Of a stretch of 64,000 nt of DNA, positions 19,102-28,363 are shown one piece after another. The notes beneath the pieces are model-generated. The model was not told the DNA's origin and did not search any database. It worked only from the letters and a program-made list of their open reading frames with translations. This stretch comes from Sphingomicrobium sp. (GTDB lineage: Bacteria; Pseudomonadota; Alphaproteobacteria; Sphingomonadales; Sphingomonadaceae). The translations under genes were made by a program, and so were the position numbers. Numbering within the stretch: position 1 is the stretch's first letter; every line of letters starts with the position of its first letter. The stretch lies in NCBI GenBank assembly GCA_035944075.1, contig DASZBO010000017.1, positions 13,090 to 77,089 of the forward strand, given 5' to 3'.

Positions 19102-20118
19102 ATGAATGATCCTCGTGTCACCGTTATAATCGTGAATTATCGTACGCCCGATCTTACGTTTAACTGCGTGACTGGGATTCTTGCGGAGCGCAAATCTCTT
19201 CCCGATCTGCGCGTGGTAGTCGTAGATGGAGGCTCGAGCGACGGCTCTGCTTCGCAACTGAAAGATAGGTTATCGGCGCCTGACTTCCGCGAATGGGTCA
19301 GCTTCCTTCCGCTGCCGATCAATGGCGGCTTCGGTTGGGCAAATAATCAGGCGATCCTGACGATTGCCGGCTCGGACAACCCGCCTGAATTCATCCATTT
19401 CCTTAACCCAGATGCCTCAATCCACCCGGACGCGATTCACGCTCTGATTCGAGAATTGCGCGCGCAACCTGACGCCGGGTGCGTCGGAAGTCAGCTTGTC
19501 GACACAGTCGGGAACGATGTGCCTTCCGCATTCCGTTTCCCTTCGGCCGGGCGCGAACTGATTAGCGCCGCTCAATCTACGCGATTGGGAAAGCTGCTGG
19601 GTATTTCATCGGCTGTCGTCGGGGTGTCAGAAAGTGTCGACGTGGATTGGGTGACTGGCGCAAGCTTCATGGTAAGAACGAGCGCGCTTAAGGAAAGTGG
19701 CCTCTTCGACGATGGCTTCTTTTTATACTTCGAGGAAGTAGAGCTTATGCATCGCCTGCACCGTTGTGGCTGGACGGTGCGCCATGTTCCGACAAGCAGG
19801 GTAGTGCATGCAGAGGGGTCGTCCACAGGGATACAGAGGCGCGCTAGCCTTCCCGACTATTGGTATAATTCCCGTCGACGCTATTTTGCTTTAACTGGCG
19901 GGCCAGCCGCTGTGATGCGCGCCAACTTAGCTTGCCTGGCAGGTTTGACTGCCAGGACTGTGAAGATGCCGCTCCGAAAATCTCTGACGGCTCCGGCTGT
20001 TAGTGCAGCTGACCTGTTGCGGTTTAGATTCTGGCCTCGGCGAACCGATGCAATCGCGTCCGCTCCCGCCTGGAAGGATGATCCCGGCAAAGAACCTTTC
20101 TGGATGAGTATACAGTGA
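19102..20118 (+). CDS. Glycosyltransferase family 2
   Basis: VIIVNYRT, VVDGGSSDGS, NGGFGWANN, FLNPDA, DWVTGASF, FFLYFEEVEL. Confidence 0.9.
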   Translation: MNDPRVTVIIVNYRTPDLTFNCVTGILAERKSLPDLRVVVVDGGSSDGSASQLKDRLSAPDFREWVSFLPLPINGGFGWANNQAILTIAGSDNPPEFIHFLNPDASIHPDAIHALIRELRAQPDAGCVGSQLVDTVGNDVPSAFRFPSAGRELISAAQSTRLGKLLGISSAVVGVSESVDVDWVTGASFMVRTSALKESGLFDDGFFLYFEEVELMHRLHRCGWTVRHVPTSRVVHAEGSSTGIQRRASLPDYWYNSRRRYFALTGGPAAVMRANLACLAGLTARTVKMPLRKSLTAPAVSAADLLRFRFWPRRTDAIASAPAWKDDPGKEPFWMSIQ

Positions 20119-21113
20119 CAGATCTCGACGGGATGGCGGCAGTCGTGATTGGCCGGAATGAAGGACTTCGGCTCGAGCCTGCCCTTAAGTCTGTCCAAGG
20201 TGCGGGGCTTCCGTTGGTTTACGTGGATTCCGGGTCGGTCGACGGAAGTCCCCGTCGCGCACGTGAGATGGGCGTCGCCGTCGTTGAGGTTGATCCGCGT
20301 ACCCCGTTTTCCGCGGGTCGGGGCCGCAACGAGGGGCTCCAGGAGGTGCTGAAGCGGTGGCCGAACACGCGCTTCGTCCTTTTCCTGGACGGCGACTGTA
20401 TCCTCGATCCGCGCTTTCCCCCGGCAGCTTTGGGTGCCTTTGACCAGCATGAAGAATGCGCAATTATCACTGGGCACCTCTCAGAACGCTTTCCTGACCG
20501 CTCGGTCTATAACAGGCTCTGCGCGATCGAGTGGCAATCGCCGTCGGGCCTTATGACGAACATGAACAGCCTCGGCGGTATAATGGTCGTGCGTGTTTCC
20601 GCGTTCTTATCGGTGGGTGGATTCAAGCTGCAGGCGATTGCGGGAGAGGAACCCGACTTGGGCTCTCGGCTCATCACGGCTGGTCACACGATCATCAAAG
20701 TCGACGCGCCAATGGCAACACACGACGCCGAAATTCTGAAATTCAGCCAATGGTGGAAAAGGGCCGCTAGAGGCGGACATGCGCTGGCCTTTCGTTACTC
20801 GCAGCACGGACGAACGAATGTACGAGAGACGCGCCGAGAGCTGGCGAGCGACCTCGCGTGGGGCCTGATCTTGCCCGTGTCCCTCATACTCCTGCTCTGG
20901 CCGACGGACGGCCTCTCACTGTTGTTGCTGATCGTATATCCATTATTCGGGTGGCGCATATTCCGGCGACATCGCGCGAATGGCCTCAACTCAGCGGATG
21001 CCCGACTGCTGGCGCGTTACATCGTTTTCGGCAAGTTCGCGCATGTCGTCGGCATCGCGACATATTGTCGCAATCGGCTGCGTGGCGAGTTCCGGATCAT
21101 CGAGTACAAGTGA
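20115..21113 (+). CDS. Glycosyltransferase family 2 with C-terminal TM helices
   Basis: VVIGRNEG, YVDSGSVDGS, FLDGDC, GEEPDL; GTG start overlapping the previous stop. Confidence 0.88.
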   Translation: MTDLDGMAAVVIGRNEGLRLEPALKSVQGAGLPLVYVDSGSVDGSPRRAREMGVAVVEVDPRTPFSAGRGRNEGLQEVLKRWPNTRFVLFLDGDCILDPRFPPAALGAFDQHEECAIITGHLSERFPDRSVYNRLCAIEWQSPSGLMTNMNSLGGIMVVRVSAFLSVGGFKLQAIAGEEPDLGSRLITAGHTIIKVDAPMATHDAEILKFSQWWKRAARGGHALAFRYSQHGRTNVRETRRELASDLAWGLILPVSLILLLWPTDGLSLLLLIVYPLFGWRIFRRHRANGLNSADARLLARYIVFGKFAHVVGIATYCRNRLRGEFRIIEYK

Positions 21114-21128
21114 GGTTCACGATTGTCG

Positions 21129-22229
21129 CTACTCGAATGAGTAGCCGTCGCCCGAATAATGCGTCAGATCCCAATCGGCGACCGCCGTCTTCACGTGATC
21201 GAGTGGATGCCCTTTAGGAGCCTTGAACGTGAAGCTCATTCCGGACCCGAGCGCGACAAATCCGTGTCGTCGTGCGGCGTTCTCAAGCTCCGGGGGCGAC
21301 GTGATGATCTCAAGTAGATCGGCGCTCGTCTCGTCGAAAAGTGCAATGGCTGCCCGTATCAGCGCATCCTGAGACGCTTCCGCCTGCAAATAGCCAAACT
21401 CCATGACCGAAAACATTGAAACGCCCGAATACCGCTCTTTGATCGGGCGCTCGGCTGTGTCCCGTACCCGCCAAAGGAAAAACAGGAGAGGGCGCGCCGA
21501 AGAGTCGCGAACGAGGGCAATTTGATCGCTGTTGCGCGCATTCATCTTCGCCCGGAGGAGTGCTGCATCGTCGCTCCAATGGGCGCGGTCTCCGTATTGA
21601 CGAGGATGCTCGTCTAGCAGCTTCGCGAGCGCGGCAAACCCGATCTGCTCTATGGAATAATTCTTCTTGAAGGACTTCTGACGAAACAAGATTAGCTTTG
21701 CGGACCGGTAACCCAGCCAATAGGTAGAGGATAAGAAGCGGACGAGCGCGCGGCTGCTTAAGTGATGCCGAAGGAATGGAGCTGGATTTCGCAGCAGGCA
21801 CATTCGCGCGGCGGCGCCAACGACTTTGAAACCTAGTTTTCTGTAGAGACGTAGCGCTGGATCCGAAGAGAATGTGCCGCCCCAGACGAAACCTCGCTTG
21901 GCAAATTCTGTAAGTTGATGTTCTATAATCTTTTGCGCGAGCCCTCGGCCGCGGAAGTTAGGATTCGTGAATAGGTTTGCGTTCCAAGCCCATCGATACT
22001 GCTGTTTTTCTCTAAAGAGTATATCGGGAAATGCATTGAGGTACGAAGCGACAACACCGTCCTCCAAAGCATAAAATACGTATGGAAAGTCTGCCGGATA
22101 GTCGATTGCGTCGGCCAGGTAAGGTGTCACGAACTTTGGGTACTGGCAAAGCAGTTCCGGGTGGAGCTCTATTAAATTGTCTCGCTCACTAAACAGGACG
22201 TGTCTTATGCTCACCACTCGAAGCTCCAC
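21129..22229 (-). CDS. GNAT-family N-acyltransferase-like protein
   Basis: LFTNPNFRGRGLA acyl-CoA-binding motif, ALRLYRKLGF. Confidence 0.7.
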   Translation of the reverse strand: MELRVVSIRHVLFSERDNLIELHPELLCQYPKFVTPYLADAIDYPADFPYVFYALEDGVVASYLNAFPDILFREKQQYRWAWNANLFTNPNFRGRGLAQKIIEHQLTEFAKRGFVWGGTFSSDPALRLYRKLGFKVVGAAARMCLLRNPAPFLRHHLSSRALVRFLSSTYWLGYRSAKLILFRQKSFKKNYSIEQIGFAALAKLLDEHPRQYGDRAHWSDDAALLRAKMNARNSDQIALVRDSSARPLLFFLWRVRDTAERPIKERYSGVSMFSVMEFGYLQAEASQDALIRAAIALFDETSADLLEIITSPPELENAARRHGFVALGSGMSFTFKAPKGHPLDHVKTAVADWDLTHYSGDGYSFE

Positions 22230-22314
22230 ATCGCGCGCCGAGGCATCATGCGGCTAACGCCAGAATTGACAAGGCCTGCCCGGCTCGCCCTCGTTTGCTC
22301 GGGATGATGCTGAA

Positions 22315-23043
22315 GTGAAAGGAAAAATTGCGCGAAGACTCGCAAGGTACCTGAACCGTCGCGATGCCGAGCTCGCGGGTCAAACCGCCGTAATCACGTT
22401 CACTTTCGACGACGCCTATTCGGCGGCCTGCAAAATAGGAGCTGGTATTGTTGAGAGCGGCGGTGGGAGAGCAACCTACTATGTCTGCGGTGGTTTTGAT
22501 CGGTCCCCAACCAGTGACCCAAGGTATCACAGTGCAGCTGATCTGCGTTGCTTGCAGGGTAGGGGGCATGAAATTGCCTGCCACGGATATGCCCATTTAA
22601 ACTATCAAGAGACTGGCACGGAGGAGATTCAGCGCGATTTGGATCTAAACGCTCGCTATTTTGAGGAGTGTGAGATCCTGCCGCCTCGCAACTTCGCATA
22701 TCCATTCGGTTGCGTCAGTCCGCGAGTAAAATCTCTCTGTTCCGACCGTTTCCGCTCATTGCGTGGGGTAGAGGCCTCGGTCAATCGACATAGAGTAGAC
22801 TTGTCGCTGCTCAAGTCGGTGCCGTTGTATTCGAGCAGCATCAAACCTGCCGATATTCGTCTTCTTGTGGAGCAAACACGGGACACCCGTAGTTGGCTGA
22901 TATTCTTTGCGCACGATGTGACGAACGCGCCAAATTATTTCGATGTGACGCCCGATCTTCTTTCGTTTGCAGTCACCGAAGCTGTGCGGTGCAATTTGCC
23001 GATATTGTCCATGGACGCCGCGCTCGACTATTACGGGTTGTAG
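22315..23043 (+). CDS. Polysaccharide deacetylase (NodB/CE4-like)
   Basis: TFTFDDAY, EIACHGYAH, FAYPFG. Confidence 0.85.
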   Translation: MKGKIARRLARYLNRRDAELAGQTAVITFTFDDAYSAACKIGAGIVESGGGRATYYVCGGFDRSPTSDPRYHSAADLRCLQGRGHEIACHGYAHLNYQETGTEEIQRDLDLNARYFEECEILPPRNFAYPFGCVSPRVKSLCSDRFRSLRGVEASVNRHRVDLSLLKSVPLYSSSIKPADIRLLVEQTRDTRSWLIFFAHDVTNAPNYFDVTPDLLSFAVTEAVRCNLPILSMDAALDYYGL

Positions 23044-23081
23044 TGGTGCTGCCTGAATTGCGAGGCTGTTCTCCGCGACCT

Positions 23082-23867
23082 CTATCGGCCTTTCCAAATC
23101 GGTGACCGCTTCTCGACGAATGCGCGTGGTCCGTCGGCGAAATCTTCAGTGGAGATAACGCGCTCCTGTGCTTCGTCGGAGAGTTTACGGAGGCTCGCGT
23201 CATCCAGGTCGAGGGCCGCTCGCGCAATGGCTAGGCTCTCGCGAACAGCGATGGGTGCGTTACAGGCGATTTGTGATGCCAGTGCGATCGCGACGGTTAA
23301 GGCTTGACCTTTCGGGACGAGCCGATTGACCATCCCGAACTCGTAAGCTCGTTCAGCGCTGAGACGATTCGCAGTCAAGATGCATTCAATGGCAATCGCC
23401 CGCGGGATAGCTCTCGGCAATCGATAAACTCCACCCGCTGAAGCGATCAGCCCACGAGTCACTTCCGGAAGTCCGAAAAACCCTCCCTCACTTGCGACGA
23501 TAAGATCGCAAGCAAGAGCTAGCTCGCATCCTCCTGCCAAAGCCATTCCCTCGACCGCCGCGATCCAGGGCTTCGATCGCGGGGCATGAACAAATCCGGC
23601 AAGGCCATATGGGCCGCCGATGATTTTCATGAGGTTGCCGTCCGTGACTTCCTTGAGGTCCGCGCCGGATGAGAACGCAATTTGGCCGGCGCCGGTCAGG
23701 ACGACGACCCAGACATCCGCGTCAGCTTCGACATCCCGAACCGCTGCTTCGAACTCTGTTGTGAGTGCCGCATTTATGGCATTGCGGGCTTCAGGCCGGT
23801 TAAGCGTCACGATCGCGACATGGTCGTCCCGTTTGTCAACGAGTACGGCGTTATCCGAAGAGCTCAA
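23082..23867 (-). CDS. Enoyl-CoA hydratase/crotonase-family protein
   Basis: TLNRPEARNAI, FSSGADLK, ALAGGCELALACD, FGLPEV, FVEKRSPIWKGR; GGAG RBS with TTG start. Confidence 0.92.
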   Translation of the reverse strand: MSSSDNAVLVDKRDDHVAIVTLNRPEARNAINAALTTEFEAAVRDVEADADVWVVVLTGAGQIAFSSGADLKEVTDGNLMKIIGGPYGLAGFVHAPRSKPWIAAVEGMALAGGCELALACDLIVASEGGFFGLPEVTRGLIASAGGVYRLPRAIPRAIAIECILTANRLSAERAYEFGMVNRLVPKGQALTVAIALASQIACNAPIAVRESLAIARAALDLDDASLRKLSDEAQERVISTEDFADGPRAFVEKRSPIWKGR

Positions 23868-25153
23868 CGCGCATCTCCCTGCATTTTGGCTTCTCCGGCT
23901 GTTCCCATTCTCTCAGATACAGATTGAGCGATTGCATCATAGAGAGCGGAAGCATTGCGATCTGCGTCATGGAGTCGCAGTACCCGTTCGCGACCAACTA
24001 ACCCCTTGCTTAGGAGGTCCTCCGGAGACGTTTGCAGTGCGCTCGTCATTGCTTGAACGAGATCGGGCACAGACGCTGCCGGTATCAGCCATCCGCAGCG
24101 ATCATCGACGAGTTCCGGAATGCCAGCAATGCACGTAGTAATTACCGGTCGAGCGAGTGCCAGCGCCTCCATCAGCACGACGGGAAGTCCTTCCGCGAAA
24201 CTGGGCAGAATGAATGCTCGAGCTGCCAACAGCAGTTCGCAGATTTCACGCGAGGATTTGATACCGGCAAGTGTCACGCAATCTTGAAGTTGTTGCGCGC
24301 GAATCTTCATCTCGATTTCGCGTTGCAAATCTCCGTAGCCAACGATCGTAAGATGGAATCGCTCGCCGGCGTCACGCAGCTTCGCGCAAGCATCAATTAA
24401 CAGGGGCAAGCCTTTTTGTTGAGACAGCCTGGCTACAGCAACAAAGTTGACCGAAGTTCGGGGTGGCACGGTAGGAGCCGCATTTAGGAACATGGAATCT
24501 ACGCCGCAGCGTACCAATTTGATTTTGTGCCACTGTTGCTCGGGTACCCATCGCATTAGCTGACTTTGGCAGTAGCTGCTAATGGCAGCAACGAAACTTG
24601 CCCGTTCTATCTTGCTTCGAAGCTTTAGCTCAATGGGTGCGTCGAACTCGTCTGGACCGTGGACTGTGAAGCTGAATGGGGGACCTCCCCACGCGCGCAC
24701 TATGGTTGCAATAGCTGCCGGATTGGTGCCGAAGTGCGCGTGTAAGTGCGTCACCTGCAATTGTCTGAGCCGACCGACAAGCCACGCCGCCTCCAGCAGG
24801 TAAACGGTGTATCGTGCCTTTTGTGCAAGGCCCTTGCCCGACAACTCGTAAGCAGTCGCAATCGCAGCGCAGCTCCTCACGGGATGCAACAGTAGCGCAC
24901 GAACGCCGGCTAGGACGAGGCGGAGCCATCCTTGTGCCAGGACTGATTCGGTGCGGGTCGCTTCGCGGATATCGGCGGAGTCTGTGATCTCGCTGTGATA
25001 CGGTCGAAGTGAAAATCGGGAGACTTGGTGTCCTGCCCGTTCCAGAGACTCTATTTCCCGTCGGATAAAGGAGTGGCTAACCGCAGGATAGATGTTGCTC
25101 AGATAGGCTAGGCGCACGCTTACTCCGCTGTCGGTGGTCAAAGCCGCCATCAT
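23864..25153 (-). CDS. Glycosyltransferase family 4 (WcaL-like)
   Basis: YPAVSHSFIRREI, HLHAHFGTNPA, FTVHGPDEF, VARLSQQKGL, SFAEGLPVVLMEA; start uncertain. Confidence 0.9.
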   Translation of the reverse strand: MMAALTTDSGVSVRLAYLSNIYPAVSHSFIRREIESLERAGHQVSRFSLRPYHSEITDSADIREATRTESVLAQGWLRLVLAGVRALLLHPVRSCAAIATAYELSGKGLAQKARYTVYLLEAAWLVGRLRQLQVTHLHAHFGTNPAAIATIVRAWGGPPFSFTVHGPDEFDAPIELKLRSKIERASFVAAISSYCQSQLMRWVPEQQWHKIKLVRCGVDSMFLNAAPTVPPRTSVNFVAVARLSQQKGLPLLIDACAKLRDAGERFHLTIVGYGDLQREIEMKIRAQQLQDCVTLAGIKSSREICELLLAARAFILPSFAEGLPVVLMEALALARPVITTCIAGIPELVDDRCGWLIPAASVPDLVQAMTSALQTSPEDLLSKGLVGRERVLRLHDADRNASALYDAIAQSVSERMGTAGEAKMQGDAR

Positions 25154-25212
25154 AGCAAAACGGCGCACGATGGGAGAGGGATTATGGAGCGGCGAGATGC
25201 GCTCGACGTTTA

Positions 25213-25473
25213 TCAGATGTGCCCGTTCTGGAGCGCTTTCGCAACGAGGTGGGGCTTGTTCCTGGCGTTGAGCTTGTTTCGAAGATTCTCCACGTGACGC
25301 TCAACAGTTCGTGGCGCAATGCCGAGCTGCTGTGCACATTGTTTAGAAGAGAGGCCGCGCGCAATGCACACAAGCACCTCGCGCTCCCGCTCGGATAGGG
25401 TGACAAAATCTTCCTGTTGGCTCGCTAAGTTCACCATCAGCTCCGTAGCCGGAAAAACCCTAAGATGATTCAT
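25213..25473 (-). CDS. Stand-alone LuxR-type HTH regulator
   Basis: LSEREREVL..IARGLSSK..A..LGIAPRTVERHVENLRNKL; no receiver domain; start may be 25527. Confidence 0.85.
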   Translation of the reverse strand: MNHLRVFPATELMVNLASQQEDFVTLSEREREVLVCIARGLSSKQCAQQLGIAPRTVERHVENLRNKLNARNKPHLVAKALQNGHI

Positions 25474-25744
25474 ACCAATACGCCCGGATTGCGCTTCCTT
25501 ACAGTCACTTGGGCTATCCTGTGCCACTTTCGGACAGTGTTCGTTTTAACGCGATCCCAAGGGGCCGCTCACCGCGTCGACCGATATCCCAATTTCCTCT
25601 CGATCAATGGAGCGCGTACCTTAAGTTTTTCCCTGTTTTCCGAAGGAAGTTCCGTCCTCCAAGTAGCACTCGAGCAATAAAGGCGATTAGCCGAGCACCA
25701 TCCTACCTTGATGAATCGCGGCAAACGTCGTCGGATTGCAATTC

Positions 25745-25760
25745 GTTAAAAAATCGTTTA
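25745..25760 (-). promoter_or_regulatory. CtrA-like box (one mismatch)
   Basis: Minus strand TAAA CGATTTT TTAAC, about 120 bp upstream of the PEP-CTERM start at 25880. Confidence 0.5.
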
Positions 25761-25879
25761 TTGAACTGTTCTGCTTCGAATGGTTACGCGTGTACGCGTC
25801 CAGGTGGGAGCGGGGGCAACCCAACACTCCGACAGAAATTGCTGGCCACCGTTGCAATGAGCACCGGAAGGACATTGCT

Positions 25880-26557
25880 ATGGAACGTCTTCTTAAGACG
25901 GCTGTAGCCGCTGCCGCGATGATCGCTATTGCATCACCCGCAGGTGCCGCGATTACTATGACGACCACGACTGGGATGCCGTTATCGTATCAGATTTTCG
26001 GAATTGCCAATGCTTCGGGCAATCCAGTTTATGGCTCGTCGCCCAACAACACCACTGTGCCGAACGTCACGTACACGGGCGACGCGAACATGACCATGGC
26101 AAACGGTTTTGCCCAGCTCAGTGATGCTAATTCAATGAATCCGAGTCTGTTCACGGTCGTGATCAATCCGGACTTGGACTTCAGCCAGATGAAGTTCGCG
26201 ATGCAGCTCGTCAGTGCTGGAACCGCCACCGTTTATTATCTTCTGTCGGGATCGGGTTTGGACGCAAATGCGTTCGCGAGCTATACAACCGCGTCTGCAT
26301 TTTCAGGCAGCTTTGCCCCGGTTTCTTCGGATTCCAAAGATAATAACAATTATCTGGTCAGTGGGGGCACATTCGACGGCATCATGATCCGCTCGACGGC
26401 TCCGATTGAACTCTTCGAAGTAAAACAGAATTCCTACGATCCTGCGCCGGGTGCGGTGCCGGAGCCCGCAACGTGGGTATTCATGCTTCTCGGGTTTGGG
26501 GGCATCGGGATGAATCTCCGCCGGCGCCGAAAAGGCGCGCTTGCGCAAATAGCGTAA
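25880..26557 (+). CDS. PEPxxWA-CTERM surface protein
   Basis: GAAGGA RBS, signal peptide ending ASPAGA, VPEPATWVFMLLGFG-TM-RRRRK..AQIA. Confidence 0.9.
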   Translation: MERLLKTAVAAAAMIAIASPAGAAITMTTTTGMPLSYQIFGIANASGNPVYGSSPNNTTVPNVTYTGDANMTMANGFAQLSDANSMNPSLFTVVINPDLDFSQMKFAMQLVSAGTATVYYLLSGSGLDANAFASYTTASAFSGSFAPVSSDSKDNNNYLVSGGTFDGIMIRSTAPIELFEVKQNSYDPAPGAVPEPATWVFMLLGFGGIGMNLRRRRKGALAQIA

Positions 26558-26581
26558 GCGACGCTTGTTCCCCGACGGACT

Positions 26582-28363
26582 TCAACAGCTGGACTCGATT
26601 GAACCGGAGCGCATGTCCGTCGGTTTGAGTGGGCTCAATTGCCTTTGATCTCTTGAACCACCGCAATCAGTCGATTTTCCTTTCCGGCGCGGGCGTTGTC
26701 GTTCAGAATCCTCGCCGACGAGCAAGGTGCTCGGCTGTGCATCGATGATGAGTGGCGTCGCCGGTTTCGGCGCAGCAGGAGTTGCGTTCCGGTCCTCACC
26801 AGCTTTGGATTGATCGCCCATGAGCTTGTCAGCGAGCTGCTGCCCCTCAGGCGTCTCAGGAATGATGATTGCCGTACCCGGTTCGCGAAAAGGCGGCTCA
26901 GTTCCCGCATAGTGTTGCGAGAAAGCCCGCGCCTCGCCGAATACATTGCGCAATCGATAGAAAATGTGTCGCCCGATCTGCACGCTCTTGTCGAGCGAAT
27001 CTGCCCAATAGGGAAGCACATAGTCGGCATGATAATGGGTCGCGTGACCCACGGGTCCAAAAACCTCGCCCTTCAAAGCTTCTCCCGCGATCTTTTTCGA
27101 GCGGGCCCATAGAGAGGAGACGGGAACACGTTGCATTGACCCGTCGCAGGTGAAGCTGAACTGGCAACCCGTCGGCCGGTCCGCTCCTTCGTAGACAACA
27201 CCGCAGATCGTCGATGGAAAGCCGGGATGTCGGACGCGGTTCAGCACGACCTGCGCTACCGCGCGACCGCCGTCTACGCCTTCGCCTGCGGCTTCATAAT
27301 AAACTGCCTGCGATAGGCAGGTGAGGGCGCGCGCCTGATTATCCGCATCGGTATGGAGGATAAATTTGCGAGCGGGTGTGTCGGGGCGCGTTACAAATGG
27401 CCGCTCGGTATTCTCCTTCGCAGCCTGGTCGGGCGAGAGCGGTTTCAGCAGCCCGGGGGCAGGGAGCGACTGAACTGCAGCGGCACTTTGCGACTGTACG
27501 GGGGGTAGCCAGAGATCGAGCGAAGTCCCGCTTGGTCGTCCGGCCTCAAACGACATGCCCACGTACAGCGCGATTGCGCCGAAGAGCGCGCCGAGAAGCG
27601 AAAGTGGAACGATGCTTCCTGCGTGCGCCTTACCGCGACGCCAGCGCAGCCATAAGGGGAAAATGCGAAGACCGTCTATCATGTAGCGTCGCCACAGCCG
27701 GCGAGGGTTTGAGAGCAATCGATGAGCCCACTCGAGGCCGAGGTTCTGAATGACTTTCGGAGCGCGCTTTTGCTTTCCGGTGATGAAGTCGAGACCGGCG
27801 CCGATGCAAAGTCCCATTCCTGTGGCGGTCGGAAACTCGCGGACTTCTCGCGCGATCATCTCCTGTTGCGGCGATCCGACGGCGATGAAGGCAAAGCGCG
27901 CCTGCGAGCTCGCGATAAATGCTGCGGCTTCGCTTCGCGCACGGGCGTCCGCACGCAGGTTCATGGGCGGCTCGAAGTGCAGGAACTGGGTCTCTGGGAA
28001 TTTCGCTCTCAGTTGCTCCAAACACGCCCGGTCGGCGCCGACGACCGCGATTCGATCCCTGGGTTTTATGATGTCGGTGAAGAGCGTCGCAGAGAGGTCG
28101 CTCCCAGCTACGAGAGGAAGTCTAACGCCCTTCAGGCGCGCGAGGAATTTAAGAACGCGGCTGTCACAAACGCACAAATCCGCACGTTCGTATAGCTCGC
28201 GGAGCTCAGGCTCTCGGTGAACGCGAACAACATGATCGACGTTCGGCGTCACGATATATTCGTAACGCGACGAGACTTTCACAGCTTGCAACCGGTGCTT
28301 GATTTCTGGGAAACTGAGCAGGTCGAAGTGCAGATCGAGGAAATTTACTCGATCAATATGCAT
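26582..28363 (-). CDS. Fusion: WecB/TagA/CpsF glycosyltransferase + TM helix + SleB-type cell-wall hydrolase (Hydrolase_2)
   Basis: N-terminal IVTPNVDH, VAGSDL, VGSPQQE, GLEWAHRLL..PRRLWRRY; C-terminal CLSQAVYYEA..E, VVLNRV, CQFSF, ATHYHADYV, IGRHIFY; single open frame; ATG 28363 overlaps the upstream stop. Confidence 0.85.
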   Translation of the reverse strand: MHIDRVNFLDLHFDLLSFPEIKHRLQAVKVSSRYEYIVTPNVDHVVRVHREPELRELYERADLCVCDSRVLKFLARLKGVRLPLVAGSDLSATLFTDIIKPRDRIAVVGADRACLEQLRAKFPETQFLHFEPPMNLRADARARSEAAAFIASSQARFAFIAVGSPQQEMIAREVREFPTATGMGLCIGAGLDFITGKQKRAPKVIQNLGLEWAHRLLSNPRRLWRRYMIDGLRIFPLWLRWRRGKAHAGSIVPLSLLGALFGAIALYVGMSFEAGRPSGTSLDLWLPPVQSQSAAAVQSLPAPGLLKPLSPDQAAKENTERPFVTRPDTPARKFILHTDADNQARALTCLSQAVYYEAAGEGVDGGRAVAQVVLNRVRHPGFPSTICGVVYEGADRPTGCQFSFTCDGSMQRVPVSSLWARSKKIAGEALKGEVFGPVGHATHYHADYVLPYWADSLDKSVQIGRHIFYRLRNVFGEARAFSQHYAGTEPPFREPGTAIIIPETPEGQQLADKLMGDQSKAGEDRNATPAAPKPATPLIIDAQPSTLLVGEDSERQRPRRKGKSTDCGGSRDQRQLSPLKPTDMRSGSIESSC

